From assembly GCA_035261165.1 (NCBI GenBank), contig DATFUE010000165.1:1-28684 (forward strand): a stretch of DNA of 28,684 nucleotides, read 5' to 3'. Below, in pieces: positions 1 to 8,008 of this stretch. The position numbers were made by a program, and so were the translations under genes. Below the pieces are notes generated by a model. That model searched no databases. It had not been told where the DNA came from and saw only the letters and a list, made by a program, of their open reading frames with translations. Each line of letters starts with the position of its first letter. The first letter of the stretch is position 1. The DNA is from Myxococcota bacterium (lineage in GTDB: Bacteria; Myxococcota_A; UBA9160; SZUA-336).

Positions 1-1
1 G

Positions 2-1225
2 GAAGTTCGCCGCGATCCGTACCCGCACTACCGCGAGCTGCGGCGCAAGGCGCCTGTCCGGCTGATCGAGAGCACGGGCTTCTACGCGGTCGCCTGTCAG
101 CGCGACGTGCTCGAAGTGCTGCGCAATCCCGAGGTCTTCTCCTCGCGCGCGATGCGCTTCCTGCGCTCGAACGGGCGCGCACCGGCCTCGCCGCTCGGCC
201 AGGGTGCTGAGGTTCCAGCGGAAGCAATCGCTCAGCTCGTCGCCTCACTGCCCTTCCCTGTCCAGGAGCTCGCCGGCGCGCGGTCTGTCGTGTTCGCCGA
301 TCCGCCCGTGCACGATGCGCTGCGCTCGATCGTCAATCGCGGCTTCACGCCGCGGCGGATCGCCGAGCTCGAGCCGCGCATCCGCGAGATCGCGCGAGCC
401 TGCATCGCCGGCGTGCGCCCGAAGGGCGAGCTCGATCTGGTTCAGGATCTCGCGATCCCCCTGCCAGTTACCGTGATTTCCGAGCTGCTCGGCGTCGATC
501 CGGAGCGGCGCGCCGACTTCAAGCGCTGGTCGGACGCGATCGTGGCCAACTCTCTCGGTGCGGTCACTCGAACGCCGATCTCGTCCGCGGTTCCGGAGCT
601 GTTCCGCTACCTGGCCGAGGTCATCGACCAGCGCCGGAAGGCCCCGCGCGAGGATCTCATCAGCACGCTGATTCGCGCCGAAGACGGCGAGGGGCTGAAG
701 CCGGCCGAGGTCGTGATCTTCACGCTGCTGCTGCTCGTCGCGGGGAACGAGACCACCACGAACCTGCTCGGCAACGCGCTCCTCGCGCTCACCGAGCACC
801 CCGCCGAGCTCGCGCGGGTGCAGCGCGAGCCCGCCCTCGTGCCGGCGCTCGTCGAGGAGACACTGCGCTACGACTCACCCGCCCAGGCCGTCTTCCGCGA
901 GACGACCCGCGACACGGAGCTCGCCGGGGTCGCGATTCCCCGCGGCTCGATCGTCGTCCCGCTGCTCGCCTCGGCGAATCGCCACGAGAGCGCGTTCCCG
1001 GACGCCGAGCGCTTCGACCTGACTCGCGAGCGCACGAGTCACGTCGCGTTCGGCTTCGGCGTGCACTTCTGTCTGGGCGCTGCCCTCGCGCGTCTCGAGG
1101 CGCGGGTCGCCCTCGAAGAGCTCTTCGAGCTGCGCGGCCTCGCGCGCAAGCCCGACGCCGAGCCCGAGCGGCTCGACTCCTTCGTCCTGCGCGGCCTCCG
1201 GAGCCTGCCGCTGGCGTTTCAGTGA
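2..1225 (+). CDS. Cytochrome P450 (bacterial type), 5'-truncated by the window edge
   Basis: The frame is open from base 2 (EVRRDPYPHYRELRRKAPV...), upstream of the ORF-track start at 107. It has the I-helix AGNETT, K-helix ETLR and heme-ligand FGFGVHFCLG motifs. Confidence 0.95.
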   Translation, partial: EVRRDPYPHYRELRRKAPVRLIESTGFYAVACQRDVLEVLRNPEVFSSRAMRFLRSNGRAPASPLGQGAEVPAEAIAQLVASLPFPVQELAGARSVVFADPPVHDALRSIVNRGFTPRRIAELEPRIREIARACIAGVRPKGELDLVQDLAIPLPVTVISELLGVDPERRADFKRWSDAIVANSLGAVTRTPISSAVPELFRYLAEVIDQRRKAPREDLISTLIRAEDGEGLKPAEVVIFTLLLLVAGNETTTNLLGNALLALTEHPAELARVQREPALVPALVEETLRYDSPAQAVFRETTRDTELAGVAIPRGSIVVPLLASANRHESAFPDAERFDLTRERTSHVAFGFGVHFCLGAALARLEARVALEELFELRGLARKPDAEPERLDSFVLRGLRSLPLAFQ

Positions 1226-1272
1226 GACGCAAGCCGCGCAGCGGCGCGCAGCGAGGCGGAGCCGAGCGTAAG

Positions 1273-3105
1273 TCAGGCGGCGCTGCGCTCCTGAACGGCG
1301 TACTGGAGCTGATAGAGCCGCCAGTAGAGCCCGCGCTGCGTGAGCAGCTGGTCGTGAGTCCCGGACTCGCGCAATTCGCCGTGGTGCAGCACGAGGATCC
1401 GGTCGACGTCCTGGATCGTCGACAGGCGGTGAGCGACGACCATCGAGGTCTTGTTCTTCATCAGCGCGTGCAGGGCGTCCTGGATCAGCGCTTCGGTGCC
1501 GGTGTCGACGCTGGAAGTCGCCTCGTCGAGCAACAGGATCTCCGGCCGCTGTGCGAGCGCGCGGGCGAACGACAGCAGCTGGCGCTCGCCGACCGAGAAG
1601 TTCCCGCCGCGCTCGTGAACCGGCTGGCGGTAGCCGAGCGGCAGGCGCGCGACGAACTGCTCGAGGTGCGCCGTGCGCATCGCCGACTCGACCTCCGCCT
1701 GCGAGACATCGGCGCGGCCGAGGCTCACGTTGTAGGCGAGATCTCCGGTGAACAAGAACACGTCCTGCAGCACGAAGGCGATGTGCCGGCGCAGCTCCGC
1801 GCGCGGGATGTCGCGCACGTCGACGCCGTCGATCCGGATGCGCCCCTCTTGCGGCTCGTACATGCGCGCGAGCAGCTTCAGCACGGTCGTCTTGCCCGCG
1901 CCCGTGTGACCCACCAGGGCGACCCGCTGACCCGGCGACACCGAGAACGACAGGTTCTTCAGCACAGGTTGAGCCTCGTAGGCGAAGCTCACGTTCTCGA
2001 AGCTGATTTCGCCGCGGATCGCCCGCGGCCCGCCGCGCGTCGCGCGCTCCTCGGGCTCGGTCGGAACGTCGAGCAGCTGGAACACGCGCTCGAGGCTCGC
2101 CATCGACGACTGCATGACCGAGTACTTCGCCGAGAGGTCCTGCAGCGGGCGGTAGAAGCGCCGCATCCAGTCGACGAACAGCAGCAAGTCACCCATCGCG
2201 ACCACGTGGTAGCCCATCAGCCGCGCGCCGTACCAGAGGATGAACGCCGTGGTCAGGTTGCCCGCCAGGCCGATCGTCGCGGTGAGCAGCGACTCGTAGT
2301 TGATCGACGTGAACCAGGCGTCGCGGTGCTCGCCGTTGGTGCGCATGAACTCGGCGAAATTGCGCTCCTCGCGCGCGAACAGCTGGACCACGCGCATGCC
2401 CGTGATCGTCTCCTGGAGGTGCGCGTTGATGCGCGCGATCTTCTGGCGCACCACGCGAAACGCGTCGCGCACCTTCCAGCGGAACACGATCGCGGCGCCG
2501 GCCATGACCGGGACCACGGCCATCGCGCAGGCCGCGAGCCGCCAGTTCAACCAGAAGAGCACGGCCGCGAACGCCAGCATCATCACCAGGTCGGCGAGCA
2601 GCGCGACCAGGCCCGCCGAGAACATCTCCGACGCCGACTCGATGTCGTTGCCCAGGCGAGTCACAAGGCGCCCGACGGGGTAGCGGTCGAAGAAGCGCAG
2701 CGGCAGGCGCTGCACGTGCGTGAAGAGCGAGCGCCGCAGCTCGAGCATCGCGCGCTGGCCCATCACCGCCATCGAGACGCCGCGCGCGAACTCGACCGCC
2801 GCGCCCAGCGTAGCGATGATCAGGAACATCAGCGCGAGCCAGGCGATCGCCGGGAATCCGGCGGGCGGCTCCGCGAGCACGCGGAACACCGGCACGCCGG
2901 GAAAGCGATCCACGCCGGCCAGGTGATTCAGCGCGGCGCCGAACAGCGAGCCGGGAATCATCTCGAGCACGACGCGCACGGGAATCAGCGCGATCGCCGC
3001 CGCGACGAAGCGCCAGTGCGGGCGCAGGTACGGCCACAGCCGGCGCATCAGGGTCGAGTCATAGACCTTGCCGAGCAGCTCTTCGTCGTGGAAGCCGGGA
3101 GTCAC
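1273..3105 (-). CDS. ABC exporter half-transporter (TMD+NBD), second subunit of a heterodimeric BmrCD/TM287-288-type pair
   Basis: 610 aa with a multi-TM N-half, Walker A GHTGAGKT, Walker B ILLLDE, H-loop AHRL and a non-canonical signature FSVGE. Its GTG start overlaps the TGA of the upstream ABC gene. Confidence 0.93.
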   Translation of the reverse strand: MTPGFHDEELLGKVYDSTLMRRLWPYLRPHWRFVAAAIALIPVRVVLEMIPGSLFGAALNHLAGVDRFPGVPVFRVLAEPPAGFPAIAWLALMFLIIATLGAAVEFARGVSMAVMGQRAMLELRRSLFTHVQRLPLRFFDRYPVGRLVTRLGNDIESASEMFSAGLVALLADLVMMLAFAAVLFWLNWRLAACAMAVVPVMAGAAIVFRWKVRDAFRVVRQKIARINAHLQETITGMRVVQLFAREERNFAEFMRTNGEHRDAWFTSINYESLLTATIGLAGNLTTAFILWYGARLMGYHVVAMGDLLLFVDWMRRFYRPLQDLSAKYSVMQSSMASLERVFQLLDVPTEPEERATRGGPRAIRGEISFENVSFAYEAQPVLKNLSFSVSPGQRVALVGHTGAGKTTVLKLLARMYEPQEGRIRIDGVDVRDIPRAELRRHIAFVLQDVFLFTGDLAYNVSLGRADVSQAEVESAMRTAHLEQFVARLPLGYRQPVHERGGNFSVGERQLLSFARALAQRPEILLLDEATSSVDTGTEALIQDALHALMKNKTSMVVAHRLSTIQDVDRILVLHHGELRESGTHDQLLTQRGLYWRLYQLQYAVQERSAA

Positions 3106-4853
3106 GCTGCGTTGCCCTCGATCTCGGCCTCGAGCTGCTGCTGCAGGTGGATGCGCGCGTAGATGCCGTCGTGCGCGACCAGCTCTTCGTGCGTGCCCTG
3201 CTCCGCGATGCGGCCCTCGTCGAGCACCAGGATGAAGTCGGCGTCGCGCACGGCCGAGAGCCGGTGCGCGACGATGAAGCAGGTGCGGCCCGCGCGCGCT
3301 GCGCGCAGCTCCTTCAGGATTCCCTCCTCGGTCGCGGCGTCGACCGACGAGAGAGCGTCGTCGAGGATCAGGATCGCGGGCTCGAGCGCCAGCGCGCGCG
3401 CGAGCGCGATGCGCTGGCGCTGTCCGCCCGAGAGCGTGATGCCGCGCTCGCCCACCACCGTCTCGAAGCCCTCCGGGAAGTCCTCGATGTCCTCGAGCAC
3501 GTGCGCGCGCCGCGCGGCCTCGCGCACGCGCGGCCGCCCGCTATCGGGACACCCGAAGCGCACGTTCTCCTCGATCGTGGTGGAGAACAGGAAGCTGTCC
3601 TGCGGGACGACCGCGCAGCTCGAGCGCAGGAGTGACAGCGGAATGCGATTCACGTCCGCGGAGTCGATGCGCACCGTGCCGTCGGGAATCTCGAGCAGGC
3701 GCGGAATCGCCGAGACCAGCGTGCTCTTGCCCGAGCCGACCGGGCCGACGATGCCCACCGTCTGCCCCGGCTCGACCGAGAACGAGACACCCGCGAGCGC
3801 CGGCCGCGCCTCGCGCCCGGGAAACGCGAAGCGCAGGTTCCGCACGTCGACGCGTCCCTCGAGCTTCTCGAGCGGCAGCACGTCCGCGCGGTCGCGAATC
3901 GACGGCACCACGTCGAGGATCTCGCCGAGCCGCTGCAGGCCGGCCATGCCGCGCTGCACGATGTTGATCACCCAGCCCACCATGAACGTCGGGAACGTGA
4001 GCTGGATCGTGTAGAGATAGAAGAGCCAGAGGTCCGCGGGTGTGAGTCGCCCGCCGATCACGCCGTACGAGCCGGCCGCGAGCACGCCGATCTGCGCCAG
4101 GGTCGGCAGCATCTGGATCGTCGTCATCATGCCGGTGTTGATGATCGCGAGGCGCATCTGCTTCTTGTACAGCGCGCGGGCGTCCAGATCGAAGCGCGCG
4201 CGCTCGCGCTCCTCCATCGTGTTCGAGCGCACCACGAACACCCCGGCCGCGTTCTCCTGCACCGACGAGGAGAGCGCGCCGAGCTGCTCCTGCGCCTCGA
4301 TCGTGGCGCTGTGCATGCGCCGGCCGAAGAAGCGCGCCACGCCGATGAACAGCGGGTACGGCGACAGCACCCAGAGGGTGAGTCGCCAGTCGACGTGCAG
4401 CATGACGCCGATCGCGCCCAGATAAAGCACCGGGGTTTGCAGGAAGTTCAAGAGCCCCATGCCGAAGAACATGCGCACGTTGTTCACGTCGTTGACCGCG
4501 CGCGACATCAGGTCGCCGGTGCGCTGGCCCGCGAAGTACGACTGCGGCATGCGCTGCAGGTGCGAGAACAGCTCGCCGCGCAGCTCGTACTCGATCTCGC
4601 GCGCCGCGGTGAACAGCACGTTGCGCGATGCGTAGGACAGCGCCGAGAAGAGCGCGGCCACGCCGACCAGCCAGAGCGCGGAGCGAGTCACGACGGCGGC
4701 GTCGGCGCCGGCCGAAATTTCGCTCACCACGTCGCGCACGGCGAGCGGCACCATCTGGAATACGATCGAGTAGCCGATCGTCAGAATGGCACCGGCTGCA
4801 TAGCGCGCGCGATAGCGACGCACGTAGGCGACGACGCGCTGTCTCGGGGTCAA
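3102..4853 (-). CDS. ABC exporter half-transporter (TMD+NBD), first subunit of the heterodimeric pair
   Basis: 583 aa with Walker A GPVGSGKS, signature LSGGQ and Walker B ILILDD (Asp in place of the catalytic Glu). It has 4-bp overlaps with both neighbours. Confidence 0.93.
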   Translation of the reverse strand: MTPRQRVVAYVRRYRARYAAGAILTIGYSIVFQMVPLAVRDVVSEISAGADAAVVTRSALWLVGVAALFSALSYASRNVLFTAAREIEYELRGELFSHLQRMPQSYFAGQRTGDLMSRAVNDVNNVRMFFGMGLLNFLQTPVLYLGAIGVMLHVDWRLTLWVLSPYPLFIGVARFFGRRMHSATIEAQEQLGALSSSVQENAAGVFVVRSNTMEERERARFDLDARALYKKQMRLAIINTGMMTTIQMLPTLAQIGVLAAGSYGVIGGRLTPADLWLFYLYTIQLTFPTFMVGWVINIVQRGMAGLQRLGEILDVVPSIRDRADVLPLEKLEGRVDVRNLRFAFPGREARPALAGVSFSVEPGQTVGIVGPVGSGKSTLVSAIPRLLEIPDGTVRIDSADVNRIPLSLLRSSCAVVPQDSFLFSTTIEENVRFGCPDSGRPRVREAARRAHVLEDIEDFPEGFETVVGERGITLSGGQRQRIALARALALEPAILILDDALSSVDAATEEGILKELRAARAGRTCFIVAHRLSAVRDADFILVLDEGRIAEQGTHEELVAHDGIYARIHLQQQLEAEIEGNAA

Positions 4854-5638
4854 GCGGACTCCCTCGGGGCGCGCAAGATTACCACAAGGCCTCGGCCCCC
4901 CTCCAAGTGGGATGCCGCACTGCCCCCATTGAGTGCCAGCTCGATGCGCCCCGACGAGCCGACGAGGGCGACGAGCGCGCCGGGCGCGACGTCCGCGTAC
5001 GTGCGCGACAGCGGAAGCGCGCGACCGGCCACCTCGAGCGACGCCGCGCCCGGCTCGCGGGGCGCGCGCAGGTTGGTCACCAGGTTCCCGAAGCGGTCGA
5101 CGTGCACGACCTCCCCGCGCAGCTCGGCCGGGTCACCGCTGGGCAGCGGGGTCGGCAGACGCACGAGCGAGTCGGCGGCGACGGTCGGACCGACGTCGCG
5201 CAGCTCACCGCCGCCGGCCAGGTGCGCGGCGACGGGCGCGAAGATGTCGCGGCCGTGAAACACCGGCGAGACCGAGTCGCGCCACAGCCCCCAGTTCTCG
5301 AGCGCGCGCGCGGCGGCGGTGGCGCCCAGCTCGAGCACGCCCGTGAAGATGCCGTTGTCCGGCCCGACGTAGAGCTGCTCGCCCAGCGAGAGCGCCAGCC
5401 CGCGCCGCGCCGTGCCCACGCCGGGATCGACCACCGCGACGTGCACCGTGCGCGGCGGGAAGAACGGCGCCGCGCGCGCGAGCAACTCGCTCGCCGCGGC
5501 GACGTCACCCGGCGCGAGGTCGTGCGCGAGATCCACCACCCGGGCGGTCCCGAGCCGCGCGAGGATCACGCCCTTCAGCGCGCCGGCGTAGCCGTCGGCG
5601 GTGCCGAAGTCGCTGGTCAGCGTGACGATTCCCGACAT
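4850..5638 (-). CDS. SAM hydroxide adenosyltransferase / SAM hydrolase (DUF62, chlorinase-fluorinase superfamily)
   Basis: Start reset to ATG 5638 (MSGIVTLTSDFGTADGY). Motifs VVDPGVGTARR, GPDNG, FHGRDIFAP and VDRFGNLVTN are present. The Asp-Arg-His triad of the hydrolase branch is intact. Confidence 0.9.
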   Translation of the reverse strand: MSGIVTLTSDFGTADGYAGALKGVILARLGTARVVDLAHDLAPGDVAAASELLARAAPFFPPRTVHVAVVDPGVGTARRGLALSLGEQLYVGPDNGIFTGVLELGATAAARALENWGLWRDSVSPVFHGRDIFAPVAAHLAGGGELRDVGPTVAADSLVRLPTPLPSGDPAELRGEVVHVDRFGNLVTNLRAPREPGAASLEVAGRALPLSRTYADVAPGALVALVGSSGRIELALNGGSAASHLEGGRGLVVILRAPRESA

Positions 5639-5661
5639 GACTCCGGGGCGTTTCGGGTGCT

Positions 5662-6360
5662 TCACGCCGCGGGCCGCCGGCGGTACCAGGCCGCGACGCG
5701 CGCGCGCGGCAGGCGCAGGAAGTAACTCGCCAGCGCGGCCTGGTTGCGCAGCACCTGGCGCAGCGCGCCGTTGCGCGCGTAGCGCCGCGCCGACGTCCAT
5801 GCGCACTCGGGCAGCAGCGCCAGCCGGCCGCTCTTTTGGATCAGCCGCACCAGGTCGAGGTCCTCGAAGATGGGCACCGGGGCGATCCCGCCCGCTAGGT
5901 CGAGCACGCGCTTGCGCACGAACAGCGCCTGGTCGCCGTAGGGCAGACCGCCGAGGCGCGCGCGCAGTCGCGCCCCGAACTCCACCGCGCGCAGCAGCGC
6001 GCCGGCCTCCTCGAAGCGCAGTCGGAACGCGCCGCCCGCGGTCGCGGGGTCGGCGAGCGCTCGGAGCACCGCTTCACTCCAGCCCGGGTCGAGCCGCGTG
6101 TCCGCGTGCAGAAACACCACCACCTCGCCCTGCGCCTCGCGGTAGCCGGCGTCCATCTGATGGGCGCGGCCCGGGAGCGCGTGGATCACCTTCTCGGCGC
6201 GCAGCCGGCGGGCGGCGTCGGCGGTTCCGTCGCTCGAGCCGCCGTCGACCACGATCCGCTCGACCCCTGGCACCGCCGTGCAGGCGAGCGCGCGCTCGAT
6301 CCGGGTTTGCTCGTTCAGGGTCGGGATGACTACTGTGATCCCCGCTCCGCCGCCGCGCAC
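5662..6360 (-). CDS. Glycosyltransferase family 2, TIGR04283-like (rSAM/selenodomain- or arsenosugar-associated)
   Basis: Likely GTG start at 6360. Motifs VVIPTLNE, VVDGGSSDGT, GRAHQMDAG, FLHADT, PYGDQALF, EDLDL and TSARRY match this family. Confidence 0.85.
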   Translation of the reverse strand: MRGGGAGITVVIPTLNEQTRIERALACTAVPGVERIVVDGGSSDGTADAARRLRAEKVIHALPGRAHQMDAGYREAQGEVVVFLHADTRLDPGWSEAVLRALADPATAGGAFRLRFEEAGALLRAVEFGARLRARLGGLPYGDQALFVRKRVLDLAGGIAPVPIFEDLDLVRLIQKSGRLALLPECAWTSARRYARNGALRQVLRNQAALASYFLRLPRARVAAWYRRRPAA

Positions 6361-6368
6361 GGCAGGAG

Positions 6369-6396
6369 AGTGTAAGCCGGCAAAGCGAATTACAAT
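6369..6396. promoter_or_regulatory. Candidate overlapping divergent sigma70-type -10 elements
   Basis: TACAAT on + at 6391-6396 faces the FAD-fold gene. TACACT on - at 6374-6369 lies about 9 bp before the GT2 GTG. The -35 matches are poor. Confidence 0.35.
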
Positions 6397-6435
6397 GGCG
6401 CGCACCGGCTTTCGGGGGGGTAGAGAAACCGCGCG

Positions 6436-7761
6436 ATGACCACGCTTCGCTCCGACGTGCTCGTGATCGGGAGCTCGCTCGGCGGGCTCGTCGCCGCGAC
6501 GTATCTCGCGCGCTCCGGGCTGCGCACCGTGCTGATCGAGGAAGATGCGCTGGCGAAGCGGCCGCCGCTCCTGCGCGAGCCGTTCGCGCTGTCGGGGCTC
6601 GAGATCGACGGCCCGGCGCACCGCGTGTTTCGCGAGCTCGCCCTGCCGCTGATCGAGCAGCGCCGCGTCGCGCAGCGCTCGGTGGCGCTGCAGGTGCTGT
6701 TGCCGCGCGCCCGGCTCGACATCCACGCCGGCCGGCGCGATCTGGCGCGCGAGCTCGACGCCTTCCAGGTCTGCGACCCCGCCGCGGCGCAGGCGTTCTT
6801 CGAGGCCATCGACGTGCGCGGCGACGAGCTGCGCGCGAGGCTCGTCGACGGCGACGCCGGCGACAGCAACGCGCCGCTGGTGCAGCGCCTGCTGTCCTTA
6901 GGCGGGCGCAACGGCAGCGCCGAGGCGAGCCTCGGCCCGCTGCCCGACGGGCTCGCCCCGGTCGTCGGTGCGCTGCTCGCCGCGCTTTCGCGCCTGACCC
7001 CCGAGAGTCCGCCCGGCCGCGACGCCGCGATGCTGCTGCGCGGAACACGCGAGGGCGGCTTCTTCATGCCCGACGCCGGCGCCCCCTTCTTGGATCTGTT
7101 CCGGCGCCGCTTCCTCACCCTGCACGGCGAGATCCGCGCCGCCGGCGACTTCGCGCTGGTCTCCGAGCAAGGCGAGCTGGGCGTGGAGCTGCCGCGCGGG
7201 CGGCTGTTTGCGCGCGGAGCGGTGTTGGCGGCGCCGCTCGAGCTGCTGCGGCGCGTCTCGGTCGCGGCCGGTGCGACGCCGCGCTGGCTCGCCCCGCGCA
7301 CACCCCCGGTCGACATCCCCCTGCGCCTGTTCCGCGCCGAGAAGGACGCCCTGCCCGTCGGGCTCGCGGCGCGCGCCGTCGTCGCGCCGGGTGCGCCGGA
7401 GGCCGTCCACTGGTTGGCGCGCTACGCGGACCCGGCTCAGGAAGGCATCGAGTGGCTGCTCGTCGCCGGCCCGGGCGCCACCGCCCTGCCGATCGATCAG
7501 CCGCTGGGCGAGCTGAACCCGTTTCCCGACGACGGCCTCGTGCCGGTCGAGCTCGGCCCCGCGCCGCGCTGGGACCGGGACACCGCGGACCATCGCTTCC
7601 TCGCGGCGCGCAACGAGACCGTGCTGCGCACGAAGCCGCCGGTCTACGCCGTCGGCGCGGAGCTCGCGCCCGGGCTGGGCTTCGAGGGCGAGCTTCTGCT
7701 CGCGCGCCAGGCGGCGCTGCGCCTCGCCGAGCGGCTGGGGGCAAAACGCGGATTGCCATGA
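6436..7761 (+). CDS. FAD/NAD(P)-binding Rossmann-fold protein, phytoene dehydrogenase/amine oxidase-like, with a degenerate dinucleotide-binding motif
   Basis: N-terminal DVLVIGSSLGGLVAATYLARSG-(x)-VLIEE beta-alpha-beta unit. The C-terminal VYAVGAELAPGLGFEGELLLARQAA resembles the CrtI-family tail. Confidence 0.6.
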   Translation: MTTLRSDVLVIGSSLGGLVAATYLARSGLRTVLIEEDALAKRPPLLREPFALSGLEIDGPAHRVFRELALPLIEQRRVAQRSVALQVLLPRARLDIHAGRRDLARELDAFQVCDPAAAQAFFEAIDVRGDELRARLVDGDAGDSNAPLVQRLLSLGGRNGSAEASLGPLPDGLAPVVGALLAALSRLTPESPPGRDAAMLLRGTREGGFFMPDAGAPFLDLFRRRFLTLHGEIRAAGDFALVSEQGELGVELPRGRLFARGAVLAAPLELLRRVSVAAGATPRWLAPRTPPVDIPLRLFRAEKDALPVGLAARAVVAPGAPEAVHWLARYADPAQEGIEWLLVAGPGATALPIDQPLGELNPFPDDGLVPVELGPAPRWDRDTADHRFLAARNETVLRTKPPVYAVGAELAPGLGFEGELLLARQAALRLAERLGAKRGLP

Positions 7762-7806
7762 CATCGCGGGGCCCTTTTGGTACAAGGCCCCCGGGACTTA
7801 GGGAGA
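7758..7806 (+). promoter_or_regulatory. Candidate rpmB promoter and RBS
   Basis: ATGACA (7758-7763), a 17-bp spacer and TACAAG (7781-7786) preceded by TG at 7778-7779. GGGAGA (7801-7806) lies 4 nt before the ATG. The -10 lacks the last T. Confidence 0.4.
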
Positions 7807-7810
7807 CGTC

Positions 7811-8002
7811 ATGGCGTTCTCGTGCGCGCTCTGCGGGAAGAGGCCCTCGTCGGGCAACAACGTGAGCCACGCCAACAACAAATCGCGCCGCCGCTTCTTG
7901 CCGAATCTGAAGAGCGTGCGCGCGATCGTCTCCGGTCGGGTGCGGAAGCTGCGGGTCTGCACGCAGTGCATTCGCTCGGGGAAGGTCACGAAGGTCGCCT
8001 AG
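7811..8002 (+). CDS. rpmB: 50S ribosomal protein L28 (Zn-binding CxxC...CxxC form)
   Basis: 63 aa: [29 protein letters not shown]...[12 protein letters not shown], with a good RBS. Confidence 0.97.
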   Translation: MAFSCALCGKRPSSGNNVSHANNKSRRRFLPNLKSVRAIVSGRVRKLRVCTQCIRSGKVTKVA

Positions 8003-8008
8003 GCGGCC

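Noticed and set aside
1222-3162. Long antisense/alternative-frame ORFs (e.g. 646 aa at 1222-3162, 553 aa at 14863-16524, 482 aa at 8426-9874, and the many Arg/Ala/Pro-rich ORFs)
   Set aside because: They lie opposite or over well-supported genes and lack family motifs. They are the expected shadow of G/C-ending codon usage with few stop codons in a high-GC genome.
4850-5638. DUF62 gene as a fluorinase or chlorinase
   Set aside because: It keeps the D...R (VDPGVGTAR) and H (FHGRD) triad of SAM hydroxide adenosyltransferases rather than the halogenase-type residues, and no halometabolite cluster is nearby.
7768-7791. GGGGCC..GGCCCC hairpin as a terminator for the FAD-fold gene
   Set aside because: It has a bulged stem and no U-tract, and it overlaps the probable rpmB promoter.
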